Of a stretch of DNA of 64,000 nucleotides, positions 1 through 64,000 are shown piece by piece. The translations under genes were made by a program, and so were the position numbers. How positions within the stretch are numbered: position 1 is the stretch's first letter; each line of letters begins with the position of its first letter. The stretch is from positions 15,336,101 to 15,400,100 of the forward strand of contig NC_092677.1 of assembly GCF_964355755.1 (NCBI RefSeq). The letters are read 5' to 3'. This DNA is from Antedon mediterranea. Lineage: Eukaryota > Animalia > Echinodermata. The notes under the pieces were generated by a model. That model ran no database searches. It was given only the letters and a program-made list of their open reading frames with translations, and was not told where the DNA came from.

Positions 1-1844
1 ATTTTATTTTAACATAAATTGGAGAACACTTGTGCAAAACAAAATGACGTTAGTCGTTTCTAAAAAAATAAAATATGAACACAAATATGATAGTTACGAA
101 GCAGCGTAATCGGCCTTATGTTTTAAAATGTTTAAACTTTTTGCCATGCTGGAAAAACAGGAACAAGCAAAAAGAGGTATCTTTTGTAAAAACTAAGCGT
201 GCCTGATAAATTCATTTTCTTTAGAATTGAACTTTATTGATTTCTTTAGCGTTCTATTGAAACTGTTATTCTGCTTTTAACGTCTTAGTAGTGTAGTGCT
301 AAACAACTAACCAATTGTAGGCCTGAGTGGGCCTACGAGTTCAGTAATAAGCAGAGCTGTAATTGAAATTATATTTCATTTTCCAGATATTTTGACGTAC
401 GTCCAATGTTATAATGTTATTGGATATTATTTTCTCTCAGTTAGGCCCTATTAGCATTTTGCTAATAACACGGGTATATACGAATAACATAATTTATGAA
501 TGAATGTATTATATTATAAGCCCATCAGCCTTCATTAGAAAAGTTCATATTCATTTTGATTCGCTGTAACTGTTTTTTGTCTTTGTGTCTTTTATGTGTA
601 AACTGACTTTGGGGTTGGGTCAACCGGCTCAGCTACAGTGATTAAGTTCACTTAGGTTGAACCTGGTCTCCCCAATTTCAGTTTTTGTTTTGTTTTGTAT
701 ATACTTAAATAGAGCAAATAAATAATGAAATGAAATTATGTTTACAGATAACTAGGTATTTCTTTATTTGGTTTATGACGTTTGATTATCAAACGTTCCT
801 TAACTTTTTACCAGACCAAGGATCCGGGTTATTTGAATTTAATGTACTCTGTAGTTGTAGGCAATATATATTTAATATTATTTAAGGCAGTTTGCCTGTT
901 TATCAAATGCCTCACAATCGTTTTTTTAACTCGAAAGTTCGGTGGAATCATACATAAGTAATATTATTGTTTATAGAAATGTAGACCATTAATTATATAA
1001 TCTTGTTACTGTACAATAACAAGGCCTATTTATTGTATTTATTATTTTTATGTACTGTATGGTTTGAAAGGTCTAATTCTAAATACAAACAACCATTTAC
1101 ATGCGATATCATGGTAAAATGGGCTTTCTCTGGAAAGATGAGTATTTCTTAGAATTGTTTCTCTCAATATTATATACAAACTTTGTAATGTATGCTAATT
1201 CAAGTCTAGATAGGACCTTGCCTAACCGATATGTGGAATAAGATGCAGAATTATTTTTAATTAAAATGTATTTGTAAACTTTATTGAAACTTTTTTTTCT
1301 TGGCACATTAAACCATATGTTGCGGTCGAATAGGAGTCCTCTTTGGAATTAAAAATTTCACATTTATAAAAACTAAATACTATAGTTCTTTATATTCTTT
1401 GTCCTGCTGTAGCATAAGTTTCAGTTACTGAATCAACGTTCTAGTCTTCTGATAATGGCCTTTAATATTTTCTCTTGATTTGAATATTATTATATACCCT
1501 ACGGAGTAAATACAGAATCCTGAATATAATACATTAGCTTACAACAGAATAATTTTTAAATAATACAGCATTGTGCTTAGAAAGAATTTTAAAAGAGTCT
1601 TGGGGCTATGAGAAGGTGGGACTTTGTGCACAGATTAGGGACAATAAACTATAGATTTCTTTCAAGTTTATTTTGCTTGCATATTTTACTCTTATCGATT
1701 ATAGATATGCATTCATAGAAGAATGTGTCCAACACCACACACTAGGCGCAAATAATACACGTTAGTACTCAGCCCTAAATAATCAACCTAACTCTAGCTA
1801 AGGAACTGAACAAAAGCCGTCTCAATAATATTCTCCTCTAGGCC

Positions 1845-2070
1845 TATAGCTCCTTCGCGTCAGCAAAGAGAACTAAAAACTACAATTACAATCCTGTTGG
1901 TACAGTACCCGCTGCTTACTTGGGCTCGAATCTAACCACTAGCCATTAGCGCAAGCTCGGTGGTCTAGAGGTATGAACGCAAGGCTAGTGATCTGGAGGT
2001 CGTGGGTTCGAGTCCCACCCGAGAACTAGTATTCTCAAATGTACTTAGTATAAAGTACAAATTACTAAAA
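1845..2070 (+). mobile_element. tRNA-derived repeat (SINE-like); tRNA-like core 1954-2025
   Basis: A box TGGTCTAGAGG, B box GGTTCGAGTCC, intact T stem; imperfect acceptor and anticodon stems; second copy at about 46005-46170. Confidence 0.7.
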
Positions 2071-3323
2071 ATGCTAATCCATGGTTTCACTGAATTCTTA
2101 TTCCATAGAGAATCTTATAAAATTACATAAGTTATACAAAACATGTACAATAGCCTATATAATCCAGGATAGTTCAAAAGCGCATATTGCTATTTAATAT
2201 AAGTTTTGCTTCAGAGTACTCCATTTTGTATAACAGAATTTGGATTTTATTCGGTAAATGATTTTCCTTTCTTTTCTGAACTTTTCTTAAACTCTAAAGG
2301 CAGTATGTATAGTCTAGATTCTTATCTGATAATATAAAAAAACTTATCAATCCTTCTTAATGCAAAACAATCTTATACTGATATAAATATGGCTTGATAA
2401 ATGAAAAAAAAATGTTCTCTCTTGTTCTGTCTTGATTGTGGTAGGCCTGCAGTATGCTGTTATTTTGTTGTTGTTGATATAATGTTAATGGTCTATAGCT
2501 GCTCATAACTAGCTATTACAACTCTTCACTCAAGAAACTTACAATAGGAACGAGCGTAATGGTTAATTGACATTATTTGTTCGATCGTCTTTTCTTCTAA
2601 GGTATTTAGAGGTGTGTAACCAAGAATGTTCTTTTGTATTCCACTTCGTTGCCGCAGAAGAATAGATTTCTGTACTATCGGTACTTCTGCCATCCAATCA
2701 AAATCGCTGATTCTGTTTAACTTATTTCTACGTATTAGAAACTCTGAGGAATGTGGTATTTAAGCTCTGGTTATATATTCTATCTTTGGCTTTATTGTCA
2801 GTCCATGAATAGTCCCTGTGATAGTACGTTACTTTGGTCATTAGTGGAGATTGAGGCAGTCCCGGTTACCAATCAATGTACACCGGCATTATCTAAACAA
2901 GAGTATTCAGAAAAATGATTACTGTATAACTTAAAAAATATGCGATTCTCAACTGAAAATTGCATGCAATGCATTTCAGAGATTATTTTTCTTGTTTTGT
3001 CAAATAATTAAGGCGTTATACAGAGAGATTTTACGTCTCCCTGCCATATACAGTATAGTCTTGCGTGAAAAAGTATGTATATTCTGTTTTCGTCACTAGG
3101 ACATAAGTGTTGCATAGGTTTACGTTTTATAAAAGCTACATTATTTATTTTAGTACCAAAATAGAATCCAATCAACTGTTGAATTGGTCTTATATGTTAC
3201 ATTTAATACATACCGGTACATGTCAATGCTGTATACATGCTTTTTATGATGCTGTATCATGCCTTGTGACAGAGTATGTTATTTACAGTACAAGAAGGTT
3301 AAAGTATAATATTCTTTTCTTAG

Positions 3324-55496
<52,173 letters not shown>

Positions 55497-55582
55497 AAAT
55501 ATCAATACAATCGGGACGTTTTAAGTTCCCAGACTAGTTATTAATTGTATACTAATTATATACTGGTAGATTTTAGAAAACA

Positions 55583-55963
55583 AATAAAAATGTAGTAAAC
55601 AATACGATTTCACAATATATGTTGAAGTACGGTAGATTGGTACATAATAATTAGAAAATAGTTCAATATGTTGGTTAGAAAGCAAAAATGTTTATTGACT
55701 TTAATATGTATCACAAGATATCATTTGCTTAAAACATCGAATAATTTATACATTTTATGTGTAAAATTGTACGTAATTTTTCTGCCTCTTAGTTATTTTT
55801 TTTATTTCGAAATTATCATAAAATTACAATTTTCCAAAACCTTGATGTACGTACTTAGTGGTTATATTCTTGAACGCTGTATTTGGAGCCTAGCTGAGAT
55901 TGTTTGATATTTTTATATTAGGAATTTCTATACTTAGATATTCTTAGTAGCTTTTTTAATAAA
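55583..55963 (+). terminator. Candidate polyadenylation signals (AATAAA at 55583 and 55958)
   Basis: AATAAA hexamers after the stop; the second is followed by a GT-rich tract. AT-rich context weakens the call. Confidence 0.4.
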
Positions 55964-56365
55964 ATTGGGATTATTAAGAAACATTGTGTATGTTTTGGTT
56001 TATACTGTTTTTAATTTTTTTATATCTAGTTTACCGCTCGATAAACTTTTTTTCCGTAATTCGGTAAATTAGTTTGGTAACAAAACGTGCGCATTCTTAG
56101 CGTACTGCAATATGTGTGGAATTTCTTAGATAAATTGCGAGCTCGATTTTCACGAGGCAGCTTTTGTATGATGGGTTTCAAGATATTATATGTCCATATT
56201 TCGATTGCGCATGCGAACTAGTCATTAAAGAAAGTGGGTAAAATTGGCTTTTTAGAGATAATCTAGATTTCTGGAAGCTGTCTGACACAATATTATGTGT
56301 TTATGAGCGCAACGAGAAAAAATAATGACCGTGCCAAAGTCCTCTCCTTTCCGAAACATGTATCT

Positions 56366-56460
56366 CAAATAAGCCCATTACTTGATTGGGTTGTTCAGAA
56401 AAGTTACCTTGCAAATAAGTCCATTACTTGATTGGGTTGTTCAGAAAAGTTACCTTGCAA
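56366..56460. repeat. About 46-bp tandem duplication
   Basis: CAAATAAG.CCATTACTTGATTGGGTTGTTCAGAAAAGTTACCTTG twice. Confidence 0.8.
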
Positions 56461-57025
56461 TATTATCAATGTATGTTACAATCGAAATGCTAAACATTTT
56501 TAATAATAAACAAATTACAACAATGACAAAAGCAAGTCAATGACTACCGGTTATTTCAGAAATGCAATAGAAAATGGAGTAGATATTATCTTATAAATGC
56601 TGTCTATTATGGTACGATTTGAAACGAGTTTTTCATCCAGATCTACATCAACATATTATGCTCTTCGACCAGGTGCAGTAGCATACCTTGATCAGTGTAC
56701 CGTGCACATGTGTAAACGATGGTCCAACACTACGTTAACGTGCTGCGCACAACCAGGTGCAGGTCGGAGCATGCCATAATCACTGTACCGTATACATGTG
56801 TAAACGGAGAGGAAACCATGGAAGTAAGCCTATAAAAGAAAATCATGTCGTGCCTGAAAAATATCAGACTTATGTTGTACCTTGATGCTGAGACAGACTG
56901 TCTTTAGTTTACAGTTGAACAATTATCTTTATTACATTTCCTTATAAAAACATCCGGAAGGGAATATTGAGTATTGAAAAAGTGGTAAGTTTATATGTTT
57001 TTATTTTGATCGTCGTCGTATACAT

Positions 57026-59198
57026 ATTATGCCAAAATACAAGACAAAATTAAAACAGTCAAAACCAGTAGTTATACAACAGCAGTTGTGGAGTACAGAG
57101 GTGGTTGAAAAGTTGCGTGGCTGTCTAGCATGTACTGATTGGGATATTATGCTCGATGTTGATGATACTCTTGATGTAAGGGTATCTACAATCTCAGCAT
57201 ACATATCCTTTTGTGTTGATATGGTTATACCTAAAGTAACAAAAAAGATATATGCAAATGAAAAACCATGGATCTCTAACCAACTAAGGAAACTGTTACA
57301 AGATAAGCGTATAGCGCATAGAGGAAAAGATACTCCTAAAGTCAAGGAAATTCAAAAAGTAAGGAAGGAAGAAAGAAAGGAAATAAAAAATAGTAAACTG
57401 AAATACAAAAAAACACTAGAAAATAAATTTAAAGACAAAAATCCTAAAGCAGCATGGAAAGCAATTAAAACACTAACCGGCTACAAAGAAACCATATTGC
57501 GTGTACATGGAAGTGAGAACTTCGCTAATGACTTAAACAACTTTTTCTGTCGTTTTGAATCCGAGATATTAGTTACCAAAAATGAAAATGAAGACACAGA
57601 AATCCGCGAAAATGAGACTTCATTAGTAAACAATGCAGTCATAAATGTAGTTGATGTGCGTAATGTATTCGCCAAAGTAAGGCCTGGTAAAAGTACTGGC
57701 CCTGATGGAATTGGAAATCGTGTTATTAAATACTGCAACCAAGAGTTGGCACCGATATATACCAAACTTTTTAATGAGAGTTTAGCAAGTGGTACAGTGC
57801 CCAATCAATGGAAAACGGCCTGTATCTCACCTATTCCTAAGATAAAAAATCCCAAGGAACTTAATGACTATAGGCCAATAGCTATCACATCCAATGTTGG
57901 TAAGTGCCTAGAAAAGATTGTACTTAGGCAGTTGCTTGATCAGACCAAATTGTTTCTCGATCCTCTCCAACTTGCCTATCAGAGTAATAGAAGTGTTGAA
58001 GATGCTGTGCTCTTCCACTTACATAATATTTACCAACATTTAGATGTGCCTAAATCATATGTAAGATGTTTGTATATAGATTTTTCTAGTGCTTTTAATA
58101 CCGTTGAACCTGGTTCATTAGTACGCAAACTTAAAGAAATGAACGTAAACGACACATTGACTTCATGGATATATAATTTCTTAACAAAAAGGTTCCAGTA
58201 TGTTAAACTAAACGGTATTTTATCTGATAAAAGAACTGTTAGCAGTGGCACGCCACAAGGGTCTGTTATCTCCCCAATGTTGTTTTCACTGTTCACCAGC
58301 AGTTTCAGAGCCAATTCAAATGAATGTTGTATAGTAAAATATGCAGATGACACAGTCATCACTGGATACATTACTGGCAATGATGAAACAAGCTATAGAC
58401 AACTAGGATGTGATTTTTATCACTGGTGCTGCAATAACAACCTGAAACTAAACATAAAGAAAACAAAAGAAATGCAGATTGATTTTAGGAAAATTAAAGA
58501 GCCCTTAGAACCTCTGATTATAAATGAAAATGAGATTGAAGTAGTAAATGAGTACAAATATCTGGGTTGTATAATTGACAATAAGCTAAATTGGATAAAT
58601 AATGTAAATAAAGCCACATGCAAAGCCAACCAAAGGATGTTTATTTTAAGAAAAATGAAGTACCTACAAATTGACAAAACTATACTTAAATTGTTTTATA
58701 ACTCTGTAATTCTCAGTGTAATACTTTTTTGTAATGTTTGTTTTTATGGTAATACAATGCAAAAAGATAAAATTAAACTTAATCGAATAGGAAATAGAGC
58801 AATTAGACTAGTAGGAGAGCACTTACCTGATGTTGAATCCTTGTATAAAGAAAATGTGTTAAAAAAAGTAAAAAGTATCATTGATGATGAAACACATCCT
58901 CTTCACAAACAATTTGCTCTCACGAATTCTGGCATAAGACTACGTGCACTTAATACCAAAACAAAACGGTTTAGGTGCTCGTTTGTACCTAATGCTATAC
59001 ACTTATATAACTCCAGAGTACAAAGATAAAATGTAACCGATAATTTTTATCTAATTTTAACAATTTTTAGCCTCTTAACTTTTTGTGTGTGTTTTTGTAA
59101 ATTGTATTTTATATTTTTGTATTTTGCCAGTTTTCAAATCACATTTCTGTTTTTTAAATGGACAATAAAGTATATATGACTATGACTATGACTATGAC
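57026..59198 (+). mobile_element. 5'-truncated non-LTR retrotransposon, Rex1/Babar-like
   Basis: Uninterrupted RT ORF, AATAAA at 59164, (ATGACT)4 tail, probable TSD TATACAT (57019-57025 and 59199-59205). Confidence 0.88.
57029..59029 (+). CDS. Non-LTR reverse transcriptase (no endonuclease domain)
   Basis: KSTGPDGI, YRPIAITS, IDFSSAFNTV, GTPQGSVISP, YADD, YKYLG motifs in 666 aa. Confidence 0.92.
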   Translation: MPKYKTKLKQSKPVVIQQQLWSTEVVEKLRGCLACTDWDIMLDVDDTLDVRVSTISAYISFCVDMVIPKVTKKIYANEKPWISNQLRKLLQDKRIAHRGKDTPKVKEIQKVRKEERKEIKNSKLKYKKTLENKFKDKNPKAAWKAIKTLTGYKETILRVHGSENFANDLNNFFCRFESEILVTKNENEDTEIRENETSLVNNAVINVVDVRNVFAKVRPGKSTGPDGIGNRVIKYCNQELAPIYTKLFNESLASGTVPNQWKTACISPIPKIKNPKELNDYRPIAITSNVGKCLEKIVLRQLLDQTKLFLDPLQLAYQSNRSVEDAVLFHLHNIYQHLDVPKSYVRCLYIDFSSAFNTVEPGSLVRKLKEMNVNDTLTSWIYNFLTKRFQYVKLNGILSDKRTVSSGTPQGSVISPMLFSLFTSSFRANSNECCIVKYADDTVITGYITGNDETSYRQLGCDFYHWCCNNNLKLNIKKTKEMQIDFRKIKEPLEPLIINENEIEVVNEYKYLGCIIDNKLNWINNVNKATCKANQRMFILRKMKYLQIDKTILKLFYNSVILSVILFCNVCFYGNTMQKDKIKLNRIGNRAIRLVGEHLPDVESLYKENVLKKVKSIIDDETHPLHKQFALTNSGIRLRALNTKTKRFRCSFVPNAIHLYNSRVQR

Positions 59199-60822
59199 TA
59201 TACATTGTGTTGCCGTGGTTAGGGTTTCGGAACCGGAAGTCAACTGCCCATCGTTACAGATTCTGACAGACGCTAACGCTGAGACGTTTACCACCCATTG
59301 ATTAGTCTACTGCGTGTTCGTTCCTTTAAAAAGCTCATCCTAAGGCCTATCCATATTTTATTTCATTGTAATTACCTCAGCCAGAATAGTGAGAGTTTAT
59401 GTGTTTCTAGAGTTGTTAGTTTTTTAGCAGGATTACTCAAATAATTTTGGATTCAATTCGGACCAGGATCCCAATTATGGACCACTTTTGTTATTTTTAC
59501 TATTTTAAAGCCGTACGATCTTTATCACGATTCTTTATCCTTTTTCTCTTTTTACTTCTAGTTGCTTTCTTGTTTTCAAATCAACCGATTTATTATATAA
59601 ACGATTTAACTTGAGTATGCCAACCACAACTTTCCTGGTTTTAAAAAAAAAATTTATTTCAACAATATTCTACGAGGGTGGTCCATCCAGCCGAAGCAGA
59701 TCATTAGGGACCCTCACAGAAATACATCATGACAAGACGTGTAGCAATAAAAATTTAATTAAATTAAAATAATATAATTTATAAAGATAAAATAAAGCAC
59801 AAACAATAAATTTAGAATAAAAAATTAAATAAATTAAATTAAATTTAATCCTGTAAAGGATCTTATAATACTACAGCAGAACCAAATGTCCCATGGATAT
59901 GGGTTGGTTGTAGTGTTACACATATTAAATGTTCATTAAAATAAAATGTGTTTTGTAAGTGGCGTTGTAAACTTATTGCTTTTTGTATGGTCATTACAAG
60001 TTTTTGTGCATAGGCCTACTTTTAAGTCTACCGCATTTTTAAAATAGCTAGATCCGCTTTGTTTACAATCCCCTTAATAGGTTGTCCCCGTTAATGAGGT
60101 TGGCTTAGTGTTATTTACATTATTTATCCTCGTTCATTCACGAACAATTTCCCCTTAACAGGGGTGTATCAAAAGAAAGGGTTTACTGTATTCATAACTA
60201 AATTAAATTTGTACCTTTATATTTTTATATTTGTAATTTTTTAGATTTGTTGTCCTTTTGATGTGTACATTATCATGTTAATATTGTTTTAATCCAGCCT
60301 TGTGCTGCGATTTCAATATATTGAATAAATAAATAAAAAATATTATGAAATATTAAATAAATATATCATTTTTTATATAAGCACAAGTTTTTTAGAATAT
60401 GACCGGTTTTTAAACAACATAAGCTTAATATAATGTTTAAAAGTCACGCGGCTCCAAAATTAGATATGACAGAAAATTAACCATTTCTGTTCGCTTGGCT
60501 TTATAGAAATATATGATATGATATAGAATGTAAGGCTAGGCCAAAGTGAATAAAAGATCAGAATCGACGGTGTAAAGTGTTCATTATTATTTGAGAGTGA
60601 CAAGGAGTGGTGTTTAAGAATGTGTACCTATTCAGACGATAATTATTGATGTTTTTGTTAGTATTACACTTCAAATGACGTTGAGTTAGGTGAACTAGAT
60701 CACACGTCATTACCATAGAAAACTCTTTTCAAAAGTATATGTAATTTCCATCCAGGGTACTTAAATATATCAACCATAAAATGTTTATTAGTTCATTCAG
60801 ACATGTAAGTTTATTTTCGGGG

Positions 60823-60830
60823 TATATAAA
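60823..60830 (+). promoter_or_regulatory. TATA box of the downstream gene
   Basis: TATATAAA with G-rich 5' flank, 80 nt upstream of ATG 60903. Confidence 0.6.
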
Positions 60831-60902
60831 GAACAACGAGTGGGATTTGCGGTTAAAGTTCTTTTATTAAGTTTACCGGGCGTCCGTATCTGGAGGATCA
60901 CA

Positions 60903-60969
60903 ATGGATACAACATTTATTAAGCATGTTATCGTTTTGGCTCTTGTTGCTTCGGTAGACAGCCAAACAG
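60903..60969 (+). CDS. First exon of a second gene: signal peptide MDTTFIKHVIVLALVASVDSQT
   Basis: Kozak-like acaATGG, hydrophobic core VIVLALVA, V-D-S cleavage motif, phase-1 donor CAG|gtatgt. Confidence 0.72.
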
Positions 60970-61891
60970 GTATGTAATTCATCTTTTTAAATATTATTCT
61001 TTATTTCAAGTACACATCAATGCCTATATCCAAAGGGAAGTTACTGAAAGATGATAATGATGTGGATATAATTTAAAAAAAAATCTACTTTATACGATTC
61101 GAGGAAAATCATCATTTGTAACTTCAACAATTGGAAATGTACCGTTCTCCTAATCCTCAAAACCTATAACATTTGAATTCATTTTATTGTATTAATAATA
61201 ATAAGAATAAGAAAGAACGTCATCGAATAGTTATCTTATTTGGTTGACAATTGTTTGTCTGTAAAATTAACCAAACTATACTTTTATCTGCCATTTTTTC
61301 TGTTAAAAGTTGTTATTATAATAGCAGTTTAAGTTACTAACAGTGGCAATGCATCCTTCTGATAGTCTCTTTAAGCTATCAAATTGGTCGTTTAGGTCCA
61401 AGTGTCCATAAACTGTGCGTAATTAAGTGTAAAAACACCCATAAAGCATTTAGTTGATTCCATCAACCAAACTAAACTCACTATGGAAATACAAATAAAA
61501 TTCATACCCATGGTTGGATCATGAGCTAAAGAATATTCTTCAGTCCATGGTTGGATAGAGACTTTACTCCATGATAGAGAACAAGGAATCTCACTTCTAT
61601 CTTCTTAATAATGATAAATCAAATTCATACTAAATTGAACTATCGGAAAGAAATAGTAACCTTTATTTGTACAATAACAATTTAAGTTGCATTCATAATG
61701 CGACATAAATTAATGTAGCATAATATAGCATTAGTGTAGCGTCGTACTAATTCAAAGTTCATTCAATTCCGCTTTATAATCGAATACTGTAATTTATATA
61801 TAGGCTAACTACATTTTTTTTGGATATTATGAGTAGGCCTATCATTATATCATATAATATAACACTAGACGGGAAAACATGGAGCCATAAT

Positions 61892-62205
61892 CAGGCCAGT
61901 AGCCAGGGGTGGTTTTTATGGTTCGAGCGAACCCCTGTTAACCGACTGCGACCTCCATCCCCGACATGCCCAATACCCTCATCTCCTCTCTGAAAATACG
62001 TGCCACACAGTACAAAAGGTTATTCGTAAATTGAAAAAATCGTAAACTTCTTCCTTGTATGAGCGTACGTCGAGCGATACGTGTCTGTACATATTTCAAA
62101 GAGTAGCAAATGAATTGCCGATTTTCACTTGAAAAATAAATACGCATTTTTGGTCCCTGTGATATAACATGATTTTGACGCGAAAACTGGACTACAGCGA
62201 GCTAG
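61892..62205. mobile_element. Left end of a probable DNA transposon (hAT-like terminus)
   Basis: Starts CAGGCCAGTAGCCAGGGG with a GC-rich subterminal region; partner TIR not seen in the window. Confidence 0.35.
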
Positions 62206-62208
62206 GCC

Positions 62209-62853
62209 ATGAACGATTCGTACAAAGTACACCGCCAGAAAGCCATTCCAAAAGAATGGAAATGTATTTTAAAATCAACACATGACATTAATGTAAATGA
62301 TATACCTATTACAAACAATAAGGTCTTAAATATGACGTCTAGACAATTATATAGATTCATAATAGATGCTCAATATATTACACCTACGGCACAGGTTAAG
62401 TGGGAATCCATATTTGGTAATATGCCATGGACAAAAATATGGGTTAAGAAAGTTTCTGGTCTTAAAGAAAAAAAACTGGCACATTTTAATTTTAAATTGT
62501 TGCACAGAATATTGCCAACAAATGAAAGATTACATAGGTGGAGACTTGTAAATTCCCCATGTTGTGACACATGCAATGTTATTGAGAATGATAAACATAT
62601 GTTAGTAGAGTGCATAACAGTAAAATGTTTATGGAGAGAGATAAACGAAATAATTAGAGCAGTAAGCATACATATTCCTGTTTTTTCTTTCAAAAGACTT
62701 TTATTTGAAACTGACAATAATTACGTAAATAAATTATACACTTTAGGAGCATTTTGTATTTATAAAGTAAAGATATTAAGTTTATTGGAAAAAGAAAAAA
62801 AAATCAATCTCCTACAAATGTTTAAATCTGAAAAAAAGATAAGAAATATGTAA
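62209..62853 (+). mobile_element. L1/Tx1-like LINE ORF2 C-terminal fragment (zinc-binding zf-RVT region)
   Basis: FNFKLLHRILPTNERLHRW...CDTC..IENDKHMLVEC (CCHC); followed by a long A-rich 3' region with an internal duplication (63240-63490 resembles 63720-64000). Confidence 0.8.
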
Positions 62854-64000
62854 ATCTGCAGGTATACTGTATATGCTCAACCAGATTAAGGAGGAAATAT
62901 GTAAATGAGATACCATGAATGATGAATCTATTATGTTTTTTTTTTTTGTTCTTGCTACTATACTGTATGTTTTGTAAATATGTATACCTTGATGATTTGA
63001 AAACAAAAAGACAAAATGTGAAAAGCTTTTTATAGATTGATGATAAGAAAAATGATGAAGGATAAGAAGGTTTAGGTTTAAGTGGGGAAGTGTTTTCATC
63101 AAAGCTTTCATATTATAGGTATATACCGTATATATGTAATTTGCACATTCTTACTGCATGTGGAATTTTGAAATGATTAAATGGTTAAAAAGAAAAAAAA
63201 AATGTCTAATTTTTTTAATGGATCATTAAACACAAATGTTGTTAAATGATAATGTATGTATAAAAAAATAATAGAATAAATAATAAGTAAAAAAAAATAA
63301 TTGAATGAACCCACATAGGAAAAAAAAAGTTAAATGAAACTTTGATGGGTTATACTGTAGATGCAAAAAAGGGATAATCTGTTGGAAATAAATTTTGTAA
63401 ACATTTAAAGATCAAAAAAATCAATGTTAAAGGATGAGGAAAATATAATGTTAACAGTAAAAAGTTAGTAAGTAATTAGTATAACAGAGAATATGCATTG
63501 TTTAAATGAAAATATGTTTGCATAGATAAATCCAAAGAAAAATATAATGGGACAAACCCATGGGATGGATTTATTAAACATAAACGTATTATAATTGTAT
63601 GAAATAAATATGCATGTAGATGAAAAAAAAAACAAAAACAACTATGTAAGAAAAAATAAGCTTTGTTAATGAAAATGTGTTATAGATAATATGTATAAAA
63701 AGAGGAAACTATGTAATCAATGTGGTTAAATGATAATGTATGTATAAACAAAATAATATATGGAAATAGTTTTTTTTTTTTTTTTTTTTTTAGAAAATAA
63801 GTAAAAAAAAAAAAGTGGAATGAATCCACATAAGAGAAGAAAGTAAAAAAGTTAAATGAAAATTTAAGAAGTTATAGATGCAAAAAAGGATCTGCTGGTT
63901 TTGTAAACATTAAAGAACAAAAATATTAATATTAATGTTAAAGGATGAGAACAATATTATGTTAACAGTAAACATTTAGTAAGTAATGAGTATAACAGAG

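Noticed and set aside
1954-2025. Functional tRNA-Thr(AGT) gene
   Set aside because: Acceptor stem pairs only 5 bp, D and anticodon stems have mismatches, and it sits in a dispersed repeat.
1-3323. Signal-peptide or first exon of the giant gene
   Set aside because: No convincing ATG-hydrophobic-phase-1 donor exon was found; the region looks intronic with decayed repeat pieces (LINE-like tail at about 540-735, possible L1-like remnant at about 1090-1560).
57001-58677. Minus-strand ORFs overlapping the RT
   Set aside because: Antisense shadows of the RT ORF.

Overview
AT-rich animal (invertebrate) genomic DNA; the echinoderm-like style is an impression, not established. About 52 kb (3324-55496, + strand) is one intron-rich gene whose 5' end (signal peptide exon) was not found in the window. 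I count about 80 exons with canonical GT-AG sites, all phase 1-1, giving about 3300 aa. Domain order: 5 EGF interleaved with 3 atypical Kunitz domains; a 7-Cys EGF; 52 intact 8-Cys EGF repeats; a complementary 7-Cys EGF; 14 ordinary 6-Cys EGFs; a 4-Cys half-EGF; a micro-exon carrying a furin site (RRRR); one juxtamembrane EGF; a transmembrane helix and short tail. The main finding: the first module of the array has only the C-terminal extra Cys and the last has only the hairpin extra Cys. That asymmetry is what is expected if each EGF is disulfide-stapled to the next, forming a calcium-independent covalent rod that furin can shed. The array shows ongoing exon birth and death (tandem duplications, splice-dead and truncated exons). 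Introns hold a Helitron > hAT > LINE nest, Harbinger-like MITEs, LINE fragments and tRNA-derived repeats. Downstream are a young 5'-truncated Rex1/Babar-like LINE, the TATA box and signal-peptide exon of a second secreted-protein gene, and an L1/Tx1-like fragment. Coordinates were read by eye.
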